Source: a virus. Taken from it: a stretch of 43,653 bases of DNA. Positions 18,827 through 25,553 of the stretch are shown here, piece by piece. The notes beneath the pieces were generated by a model. It was not told the origin of the DNA. It made no database searches and worked only from the letters and a program-made list of their open reading frames with translations. Positions within the stretch are counted from its first letter, which is position 1, and the number at the start of each line of letters is the position of its first letter. Where the stretch lies: the IMG/VR virus record IMGVR_UViG_3300001919_000032, positions 1 through 43,653 of that record; one strand, 5' to 3'. The position numbers and the translations under genes are program-made.

Positions 18827-19185
18827 AATCCAAGTATCTGCAGCTTCGCGGCGGAACGACAGCCAAGAATGAAGCTTTCACCGGCAAAAGCAGGGAGCTG
18901 ACGGTCGACACGGACGAGAAGCGCCTTCGGGTCCATGACGGCACAACGGCCGGCGGCCATCCCGTAGCGAAAGCGTCCGAGATTCCAACAAAGACAAGCG
19001 AGCTTGAGAACGATGCTTACGAGACGAAGACCAGTCTCAGCAAGCTATCACAACTGACGGATGACGTGGGCTACTGGACGAAAACAGGTCTCACAAAACT
19101 GTCCCAGCTCACAAACGACAGCGGGTATCAGACCGGGCATTGCACCTACTGCACCTACTGTTCGTACTGCACAAACTGCACATGA
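18823..19185 (+). CDS. Fibre-tip-like protein 1: Mtd-like N-domain + LSQLTxDxGY repeats + Cys-triad tail
   Basis: LQLRGGTTAKNEAFTGKSRELTVDTDEKRLRVHDGTTAGG resembles the N-terminal domain of the Bordetella phage Mtd tropism determinant. The C-terminus is HCTYCTYCSYCTNCT, with 5 Cys spaced every 3 residues. Confidence 0.75.
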   Translation: MKSKYLQLRGGTTAKNEAFTGKSRELTVDTDEKRLRVHDGTTAGGHPVAKASEIPTKTSELENDAYETKTSLSKLSQLTDDVGYWTKTGLTKLSQLTNDSGYQTGHCTYCTYCSYCTNCT

Positions 19186-19193
19186 GGCTTTAG

Positions 19194-19706
19194 ATGTCTT
19201 TAAAGGAAATCTTGTGGAAGGGCGGAACGGCATCGCAAAACGATGCGTACACGGGAGACTCAGGCGAGATCACGATCGACACGGACAGCCACCGCATTCG
19301 CGTTCACGATGGCGAGACGCCAGGCGGCACGGCTCTGGCACTCGTGAGCGACATCCCGACAAAGCTCTCGCAATTGACGAATGACGCGGGAGCATGGGAG
19401 AAGGGGGCGCTCACGGCATTGTCCCAGCTGACGGATGACGTGGGCTACTGGAAGAAGGCGGATTTAACAAAGATTTCACAGCTTACTAACGACTCTGGAT
19501 TTCAAACCGGGCACTGTTCGTATTGCTCTTACTGCTCGTACTGTTCACAGTGCAATAACTGCCTCAATTGCAACACGGTTCAATGTACGACCGTGAACTG
19601 CACAACCGTAAATTGCACAACCGTTAAGTGTTCTGTTTATACAAACTGCAGTTACTGCAGCAACTGCAGCAACTGTGATTGCAACTGCAATTGTTGTGAC
19701 GCATAA
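19194..19706 (+). CDS. Fibre-tip-like protein 2 with 64-residue Cys-repeat tail (19 Cys)
   Basis: Same N-domain and repeats as protein 1. Tail: HCSYCSYCSYCSQCNNCLNCNTVQCTTVNCTTVNCTTVKCSVYTNCSYCSNCSNCDCNCNCCDA. Confidence 0.75.
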   Translation: MSLKEILWKGGTASQNDAYTGDSGEITIDTDSHRIRVHDGETPGGTALALVSDIPTKLSQLTNDAGAWEKGALTALSQLTDDVGYWKKADLTKISQLTNDSGFQTGHCSYCSYCSYCSQCNNCLNCNTVQCTTVNCTTVNCTTVKCSVYTNCSYCSNCSNCDCNCNCCDA

Positions 19707-19715
19707 GGGGCGGTC

Positions 19716-20207
19716 ATGGTTAAGAAAATTCTTTTAAAGAGAGGATCCACCGCCGCCACGGGAGCATACGCTGGGAAATCCCGCGAGGTCACCGTCAACA
19801 CAGACAAAAAAATCCTTGTTGTGCATGACGGAGTAACAGTGGGCGGAACGAGTCTTGCCAGGCTTTCAGAGTTGCCTACAAAACTATCTCAGCTGACAGA
19901 GGACAGCGGAATCTGGACAAAAAATGCTCTTACTCTTGCGAGCCTTACAGACGATGTTGGGTACTGGAAAAAGTCTGATCTAACAAAAGTCTCACAGCTC
20001 ACTAACGACAACAAATACAAGACCGCGCACTGCTCCTATTGCAGCCATTGCACGTACTGCTCTAACTGCGGGCGCTGCAACAACGTTCAATGCAGCCAGG
20101 TTCAATGCGGTCAGGTTCAATGCAATCAGGTGCAGTGTTCGCAATGTTCAGGGCAATGCACAAACTGTAGCAATTGTAGTGGCAGCAGTGACTGCTGCGA
20201 CAACTAG
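19716..20207 (+). CDS. Fibre-tip-like protein 3 with 59-residue Cys-repeat tail (16 Cys)
   Basis: Same architecture as proteins 1 and 2. Tail: HCSYCSHCTYCSNCGRCNNVQCSQVQCGQVQCNQVQCSQCSGQCTNCSNCSGSSDCCDN. Confidence 0.75.
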   Translation: MVKKILLKRGSTAATGAYAGKSREVTVNTDKKILVVHDGVTVGGTSLARLSELPTKLSQLTEDSGIWTKNALTLASLTDDVGYWKKSDLTKVSQLTNDNKYKTAHCSYCSHCTYCSNCGRCNNVQCSQVQCGQVQCNQVQCSQCSGQCTNCSNCSGSSDCCDN

Positions 20208-20216
20208 GGGGGATTT

Positions 20217-21107
20217 ATGAAAAAAATAGCAGCGTGCGCCCTTGAAGACCACAATCATTTTGTCAATATTTTCGTTACTGACGAGGCCATGAGTGTTGCG
20301 CTATTTTCGCCGTATAGCGGGGATCAGGACGCGATCTCTTCTGACCAGTGCGGAACCTTTTTGAATCAGCACAACACATCCCCCTTCATGCTCAATAACG
20401 GAATCGTTGTGGCGGGAGCAGACCTCAAGGAAGGTCTGGCAGGCAAATTCATCTGCATTGGAAAAACTACGTATTTTTCCAACCCTGTTGCCGCAAAAAA
20501 TGCTTCTGTAGAGTGTTATGGGAGCGGGGAAATCACGGATCGTCGCTCCATGGCGTGGTTTGTAAAAAATGGATGGCTTTCTGCCCCGACCACTCGTAAC
20601 CCGATGAGCTACTTCACGAAAGCAGGGACGATGCGCACTTTGCAGCTTGAACGCATGCAGCTTGCGGTACAGCTCATTATGCCGTTTGCCTCTGAGTCGG
20701 TGACGAGCGACTACAACAGCATTCAGTTCAACTACTCTCCCACATACGGGTATCGTTGCAACCTTCCTGTTGAAGAATTCACGCTTGAACAGCTCCAGAA
20801 TCACGGGAACGGATGGTCTCCGAACCCGGTTTTGGCTCTTTCTGGTCCTGAATCGACCGAGGAAGACAAAGATGCGGAATTCTCTGTCTCCATGTCATGG
20901 GAAGACGGAACAGCAATTGAACACGATTCTGAAATTTATATTGATTCCACCGGTGGATACGTTCCTCTGCGCAGGCTTGTACTGAGCAATGGAGTGGGTA
21001 AATTCCGCATCCGGGCTCTGGGTCTCAAGGCAGGCGAGTCGTTCAAGGTGAAGGTGGGATGGCGGTATTTCACTGGTGCGGCTGAAAAGACGGTGCTCGT
21101 TGTATGA
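20217..21107 (+). CDS. Hypothetical protein of the fibre/rSAM cluster (possible Ig-like C-terminus)
   Basis: 296 aa, with an SD (gggggg) upstream and an ATGA overlap with the first rSAM gene. The C-terminus ...GVGKFRIRALGLKAGESFKVKVGW... looks like a beta-sandwich. Confidence 0.55.
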   Translation: MKKIAACALEDHNHFVNIFVTDEAMSVALFSPYSGDQDAISSDQCGTFLNQHNTSPFMLNNGIVVAGADLKEGLAGKFICIGKTTYFSNPVAAKNASVECYGSGEITDRRSMAWFVKNGWLSAPTTRNPMSYFTKAGTMRTLQLERMQLAVQLIMPFASESVTSDYNSIQFNYSPTYGYRCNLPVEEFTLEQLQNHGNGWSPNPVLALSGPESTEEDKDAEFSVSMSWEDGTAIEHDSEIYIDSTGGYVPLRRLVLSNGVGKFRIRALGLKAGESFKVKVGWRYFTGAAEKTVLVV

Positions 21108-21997
21108 TCCGGCGCCTGAATATCGTACTGGGTGCGGCATGCAATAGGCATTGCTCCTACTGTTGCCAGGCGGCTCCCGCAGACAGGTTGTCATGTGGAA
21201 AAACAGACTGGTCGGGTCTCAGAAAAAAGCTTCGCTTTTATAACGAGAATGGCGCCTTCAGAAAGCTTGAGCGCATCAGTTTCTGGGGCGGAGAACCCAT
21301 GCTTTATTGGGGCGTTGTTAAGGCGCTCTACCAGGTTCTGTGTGACGACGGCGTTTATCCAGACTCTATTTACCGGGTTGCTACAAACGGGGATCTTATA
21401 AACGAAGATTACGTGCAGTTCGCCAACAGCACCCCAGGGTGGTTGACAACGGTGAGTTGGCACGATGGTTCTATATCAGAGAGCCAGTGGTCAGTTCTGA
21501 GACGTCTTGATAACTGCTTTATAACGGGTCTGGTCACGAGCCGGTGGAGGGATGAAATTCCCGCCATGAGAGATAAATATGACTCTCTTGGTCTGAGTCT
21601 GCCGGTACAGCTATGGCCAGTCCACTTTGTGGGCCAGTGCTCTGAGGATGACAAACTCACCGCTAAAAGCGTTGATGATGCCCTTGAGTACATTCGAATC
21701 CTTGTTGCCCATGCATCCAGGCGCGGGCGAGAGAGGCCTGATTGTGGGGACGAGTCGGTTCTAACAGTTGATTTACATGGCCGTGAATACCTGTGCCAAC
21801 ACAATCCGTCGCCTGAGACATTGAGTTCTCATAGTCGACTGTACCGGGCTGAAACCGTCAGAAAAGGATGTCGCGAATGCGTTGCCTGGGACCATTGCGG
21901 AGGCGGATGTTTTCTTACTTCAAATCGAAAAGCGGAGTGCCGGTTCTACCGGGAATACGTTCGGCTAGGGAGATCTTTGAATGAAACTGCGTCTTAA
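21104..21997 (+). CDS. Radical SAM enzyme with SPASM domain (1)
   Basis: CNRHCSYC is the CX3CX2C cluster motif at residues 13-20, and FWGGEPMLYW is the SAM-binding GGEP motif. The C-terminal C-X13-G-X4-C ... CRECVAWDHCGGGC (CX2CX5CX3C) ... C gives the full 7-Cys SPASM signature. Confidence 0.85.
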   Translation: MIRRLNIVLGAACNRHCSYCCQAAPADRLSCGKTDWSGLRKKLRFYNENGAFRKLERISFWGGEPMLYWGVVKALYQVLCDDGVYPDSIYRVATNGDLINEDYVQFANSTPGWLTTVSWHDGSISESQWSVLRRLDNCFITGLVTSRWRDEIPAMRDKYDSLGLSLPVQLWPVHFVGQCSEDDKLTAKSVDDALEYIRILVAHASRRGRERPDCGDESVLTVDLHGREYLCQHNPSPETLSSHSRLYRAETVRKGCRECVAWDHCGGGCFLTSNRKAECRFYREYVRLGRSLNETAS

Positions 21998-23219
21998 TGT
22001 TAGGGAGCGAGATGGATCGCGCCACGTATGGGAATACGACAACGTGACGAACGAACTGTGGCGAGAGGGCGTACTTCTTGATCTGTCGAAAGATGAGCGC
22101 TTATCACAGTATATGAGCGGCCAGACTCACAGAGCACAGGTTTTCTCCGACAGCAAGAGCAAGGATCTCTACGATCTGAGAATACAGTTAGGTCTTCGCT
22201 GCAACATGCATTGTCGTTATTGCGCGCAGTCGGATCGAGCTTTAGAGAAGGCGTGCTGGGGGCCCAAGGACGTACCCGCGTTCATCGCAAAACTCAAGGC
22301 CGGCAACGTCAATGTGACTGGCGTCATCGAACTCTGGGGTGGAGAGCCTTTTGTTTATTGGAAGACTATTAAAAATCTTGTCCCTCAGTTGCGCGAAATG
22401 TATCCCAACGTCCGGTTTGCCATGATCACAAATGGGACGCTTCTAACTGAAGACAAGATTTCATTCTGCGAGAAATATCGTATTGATCTTACATTTAGTC
22501 ATGATGGACAGGGCTATCGGCTCCGCGGTGCGGATCCCCTGGACGATCCAAAAATGGTTGATCTGTGGAGGCTTGCGTTCTCAAAACTTCGCTGCAACAT
22601 CAATTGCGTTCTATCCCCGGCAAATACAGATATAGAGCAGATCATTGAACACATTCATTCCCGACTCGGGGCTGTGCCTATCAACTTCGAAGGCATCATG
22701 ACCCATGTAGGAGTGACAGATAAAGAATTGATGTTCTCAGACAAGCAGTTGCTCACGCTCCAAAAAAACATTTTTACAGCAATGACATCCGGACCGTGGG
22801 CTAAATTTCCGGCGCTGGAGCAGCAGTGCCGCAGCCTTATCCAGATGCTAGTGAATCGAAAGAGACTGAACCCGAGAGCAGTTAAGTGCTGCATGCATTC
22901 TCCTGATAATGCTGCAGTTAATCTCAACGGAGATGTACTTTCTTGCCACGATCATTGCACACCGGACAAGTTTGTCGGGAGGATAGAGGACCTGGAGGGC
23001 GTGGATATCTCTCGCTGTTTTAAACCATGGTGTGAGAGGCCGGAGTGCCGCAAATGCCTCGTTCTGTCCATGTGCCGCGGCGCCTGCCCGCAGATTGAGG
23101 GGCTGGCAAGGACGCTCACATGCAAAAACGAGGGTGCTTACAAGTTTGCTGTCTTCCAGGCTGTTATCTGGCTGCTGTTTGGCCTGACGCTGGAGTCGTA
23201 TGCACCGGTGGAGGGCTGA
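21981..23219 (+). CDS. Radical SAM enzyme with SPASM domain (2), with ~70-aa N-terminal extension
   Basis: Carries CNMHCRYC (CX3CX2C), LWGGEPFVYW, C-X12-G-X4-C ... CRKCLVLSMCRGAC ... C. The C-terminus FAVFQAVIWLLFGLTL is hydrophobic. Confidence 0.85.
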   Translation: MKLRLNVRERDGSRHVWEYDNVTNELWREGVLLDLSKDERLSQYMSGQTHRAQVFSDSKSKDLYDLRIQLGLRCNMHCRYCAQSDRALEKACWGPKDVPAFIAKLKAGNVNVTGVIELWGGEPFVYWKTIKNLVPQLREMYPNVRFAMITNGTLLTEDKISFCEKYRIDLTFSHDGQGYRLRGADPLDDPKMVDLWRLAFSKLRCNINCVLSPANTDIEQIIEHIHSRLGAVPINFEGIMTHVGVTDKELMFSDKQLLTLQKNIFTAMTSGPWAKFPALEQQCRSLIQMLVNRKRLNPRAVKCCMHSPDNAAVNLNGDVLSCHDHCTPDKFVGRIEDLEGVDISRCFKPWCERPECRKCLVLSMCRGACPQIEGLARTLTCKNEGAYKFAVFQAVIWLLFGLTLESYAPVEG

Positions 23220-23251
23220 CCATGTGCACGTCAGAAACTTTTTACAACCGA

Positions 23252-23278
23252 GCGGCCGCCCGAATAGGCGGCTTTTTT
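23252..23278 (+). terminator. Intrinsic terminator after the rSAM genes
   Basis: GCCGCC cgaata GGCGGC followed by T6. Confidence 0.7.
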
Positions 23279-23326
23279 AGTACCCCGACTTTGGCTAAGG
23301 GTGCGCTTCCGATAGGAGTGGCTGGA

Positions 23327-23479
23327 ATGGATTTTGCAGGACTGACGCTTGGTGAGCTGGTTCAGCTGCTGACTCTGATCTATACAGCGCTTCTCATCCT
23401 CGGGGCGATCCCGAAAGCGATAGCGGGCATCCAGGCGCTGAAGGATCGGTTTAGATCCAAGGGGAAGGAAGAAGAATAA
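23327..23479 (+). CDS. Holin-like small membrane protein
   Basis: 50 aa: MDFAGLTLGELVQLLTLIYTALLILGAIPKAIAGIQALKDRFRSKGKEEE. It has TM segment(s) and a charged C-terminus, with an SD (aggag) 8 nt upstream. It heads the lysis cassette. Confidence 0.55.
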   Translation: MDFAGLTLGELVQLLTLIYTALLILGAIPKAIAGIQALKDRFRSKGKEEE

Positions 23480-23533
23480 AAGCAAACCCGGCGGGAGCTG
23501 GAACTCCGGCCGGGCACTAAATACACGACATAG

Positions 23534-23743
23534 ATGGGTGGCATCTATATGGAAGATGATACCAAAGAAAGATTAGACAGACTAGAGGCTTTTATGGATG
23601 AGCAAAGGTTGGAAAAAGTTCAGCAAGCCGCCATTGATAACTACAAAAAAGAGCGTTTCCATTATTGGAAAGAGAGAGTCTTAGTCGCTTGCGCTCTTAT
23701 CGGAGGTGTTCTCGGCGTAATCGGGTTCGTCCGATCACTGTGA
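23534..23743 (+). CDS. Small membrane protein of the lysis cassette (holin/antiholin candidate)
   Basis: 69 aa with a coiled N-terminus and a C-terminal TM segment, VLVACALIGGVLGVIGFV. It lies directly upstream of the endolysin. An alternative start is at 23549. Confidence 0.5.
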   Translation: MGGIYMEDDTKERLDRLEAFMDEQRLEKVQQAAIDNYKKERFHYWKERVLVACALIGGVLGVIGFVRSL

Positions 23744-23763
23744 GGACTCAGGGAGCTTTTCTC

Positions 23764-24225
23764 ATGAATCGCTATCAAATAGCAGCCATGACCGTATCAG
23801 CCGCCACGTTGGTAGGGATCGCCGGGTACGAAGGCTATTCCTCGGTGGCTTATGTTCCGGTAAAGGGCGATGCCCCGACTATCGGATGGGGTACGACAAC
23901 GGGAGTGAAGAAAGGCGATACTATCGAGCCGACACAGGCGCTCCAGAGACTGTACCGGGATACCGAGATGGCGAAGGCCGGAATAAGTAACTGCATCAAA
24001 GTCCCGATAAGCCAAGGGGAACTAGATGCGTATCTGTCGCTTTCTTACAACATCGGGGCCGGGGCGTTTTGCAAGTCGACGCTTGTGAAGAGGCTGAACC
24101 GCGGCGATTACGCCGGAGCGTGCTCGGAGATTAAGCGCTGGTGCTACTTCAAGGGAAAAAAGTTACCCGGTTTAGTCGAGAGAAGAGAGAAGGAATACCG
24201 GACGTGCTTGAGGGGGCAGCCATGA
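23764..24225 (+). CDS. Endolysin, GH24 lysozyme with SAR-like N-terminus
   Basis: GYEGYSSVAYVPVKGDAPTIGWGTT carries the E-X8-D-X5-T catalytic triad. The weakly hydrophobic N-terminus IAAMTVSAATLVGIAG resembles a signal-arrest-release domain. Confidence 0.85.
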   Translation: MNRYQIAAMTVSAATLVGIAGYEGYSSVAYVPVKGDAPTIGWGTTTGVKKGDTIEPTQALQRLYRDTEMAKAGISNCIKVPISQGELDAYLSLSYNIGAGAFCKSTLVKRLNRGDYAGACSEIKRWCYFKGKKLPGLVERREKEYRTCLRGQP

Positions 24226-24725
24226 CAAAACTAACGCTACTGAAGATTCTTTCCTTCATTGCCTACATAGTTGCGCTCTTCGCCGCCGGCTACCAGTACG
24301 GGCACCAGAAGACAGCCGCGGCCTACGAGGCACAGATCGCCAAAGACAAGGCGGCTCAGGCCGAGTCCGCTCAGGCGCTAGAGTCACAATATCGGGAGAA
24401 AGAAAATGAGAGTGCAAAGAGAGTCGACGCGGCTCTGGCTGCGAGAGACAAAGCCCTGGCTGATGCTAGTCGTGTGCGGGCTGATGCTGAGCGGGTGCGC
24501 CTCCAGTCCGACAGTCTCAGCAAGCGTCTGTCCAGAGCCTCCGAAGCCCACGCCGCTGCCGCAGACGGTCACTCAGAGCGACTCGGAAAGTGCGAGAGCT
24601 TACTCTCAGAAAGTTCAGACCTTCTCGGCGAAAGTGTCGAGCTGGCAGGCGAAGGTGCGAGCTTATCTGTCAGAGTAGCCGCCGATAAGGACGCCGTGGT
24701 CAATTCAATTCAACCGATCAATTGA
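24222..24725 (+). CDS. Rz: i-spanin (Rz-like)
   Basis: N-terminal TM segment (LLKILSFIAYIVALFAAG) followed by an Ala/Glu/Arg-rich coiled coil. Coupled to the endolysin by ATGA. Confidence 0.75.
   Translation: MTKLTLLKILSFIAYIVALFAAGYQYGHQKTAAAYEAQIAKDKAAQAESAQALESQYREKENESAKRVDAALAARDKALADASRVRADAERVRLQSDSLSKRLSRASEAHAAAADGHSERLGKCESLLSESSDLLGESVELAGEGASLSVRVAADKDAVVNSIQPIN
24406..24678 (+). CDS. Rz1: o-spanin (Rz1-like) embedded in the +1 frame of Rz
   Basis: Lipobox LMLSGC followed by a Pro-rich segment (CPEPPKPTPLPQ). It lies entirely within the Rz gene, with an SD (gggagaaag) upstream. Confidence 0.7.
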   Translation: MRVQRESTRLWLRETKPWLMLVVCGLMLSGCASSPTVSASVCPEPPKPTPLPQTVTQSDSESARAYSQKVQTFSAKVSSWQAKVRAYLSE

Positions 24726-24804
24726 ATTCGCCGCGCTTGCCAATTTGATGAATTGAATCGAGTTGAATTGACTACATGGGGACAGTTTGTCCCCACGTAT
24801 ACCT

Positions 24805-25227
24805 CTATTCTTTAACGCTCAAATCGAGCGACCCGCCCAATTTTTTCAAAGCTTCCTCAACCGTATCAATACTGGCGCTGTCCCTCGTAAGGTCGACAAG
24901 CCTGCTTGCTTCTGAGTGTGAGACGCCGAGTTTTTTTGCTACATCAGAGATCTTCAGTCCTTTGCTTTTCATGAAGTTCCAAAACAGCATTTTCGCCTGT
25001 ATTCTGGCAGGGACAGAAATTCCAACCTCGCCCTTCCGCAATTCGCTGGGGAGCGGGAAGGGGAGCTGTTTCTTTCTATAAAACAGAACAAGTGTCCCCG
25101 GAAGCATCTGGCTTGCCCAGTCCAACGCCTCTTTTTCTGTATCCGCGTCATAAACGCACTCCGGGATATCCCGGCATGTCACTTCGAACCCTCCATCCTT
25201 TGGCAGTACCTTGATTCCGTAGCGCAT
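24805..25227 (-). CDS. HicB-like antitoxin with C-terminal XRE-type HTH (copy 1)
   Basis: MRYGIKVLPKDGGFEVTCRDIPECVYDADTEKEALDWASQML resembles the HicB N-domain. ...LKISDVAKKLGVSHSEASRLVD looks like an HTH. It is a paralogue of 41890..42315. Confidence 0.7.
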   Translation of the reverse strand: MRYGIKVLPKDGGFEVTCRDIPECVYDADTEKEALDWASQMLPGTLVLFYRKKQLPFPLPSELRKGEVGISVPARIQAKMLFWNFMKSKGLKISDVAKKLGVSHSEASRLVDLTRDSASIDTVEEALKKLGGSLDLSVKE

Positions 25228-25288
25228 ATAAAATCTCCTTGAGGTGAGAGTGTGGATGCCTCCCCGACCGAACGGGGAGGACTTTTAA

Positions 25289-25411
25289 TTACCGAAGCTT
25301 TTTATTTGAGCGGGGCTTCGTTTCTCGCGTTACCTTCTTTAGCTTCAATCGGAATTTGACGATCCACAGGTTGATGGCTAAATCAAAGGTTCTTTCGGTT
25401 TTTATGTCCAC
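25289..25411 (-). CDS. 40-aa basic ORF upstream of HicB-like copy 1 (GTG start)
   Basis: An AGGAGGTG SD sits 6 nt before the GTG. Product: MDIKTERTFDLAINLWIVKFRLKLKKVTRETKPRSNKKLR. It has the same length and position as 42382..42504 and a similar sequence. Confidence 0.4.
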   Translation of the reverse strand: MDIKTERTFDLAINLWIVKFRLKLKKVTRETKPRSNKKLR

Positions 25412-25492
25412 ATATCTCACCTCCTTTCTGGCTATAATAATACAGTAATTGTATCATTATGTCAAGAGGGATGTAGGTCTTTTCCGTTTATT

Positions 25493-25516
25493 GCCACAAA
25501 TGAAGCCACAAATGAA
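25493..25516. repeat. Tandem GCCACAAATGAA repeats (candidate integrase arm-type sites, P arm)
   Basis: GCCACAAATGAA occurs twice in tandem. Related TGCCACAAT, TACCACAAAT and, inverted, TTGTGGCAA occur at 25725..25799. Confidence 0.5.
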
Positions 25517-25553
25517 GAGGCTTCTGCCAATTAAAGTCCTATACATATGGGCT

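Noticed and set aside
19138-20204. Cys-rich tails as non-coding simple-sequence repeats or a sequencing artefact.
   Set aside because: The reading frame is maintained through all three tails up to proper stops. Repeat units differ by synonymous changes, and each gene has its own SD and conserved N-terminal domain.
18823-20207. Diversity-generating retroelement, suggested by the Mtd-like N-terminal domains.
   Set aside because: The window has no reverse transcriptase gene, no template/variable repeat pair and no C-type-lectin-like C-terminus. The C-termini are Cys repeats instead.
25228-25470. A HicA toxin gene next to the HicB-like genes (also searched at 42316..42580).
   Set aside because: No ORF of HicA size or motif is found on either strand. 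Only the 40-aa basic ORFs are present, and these are reported separately as a finding.
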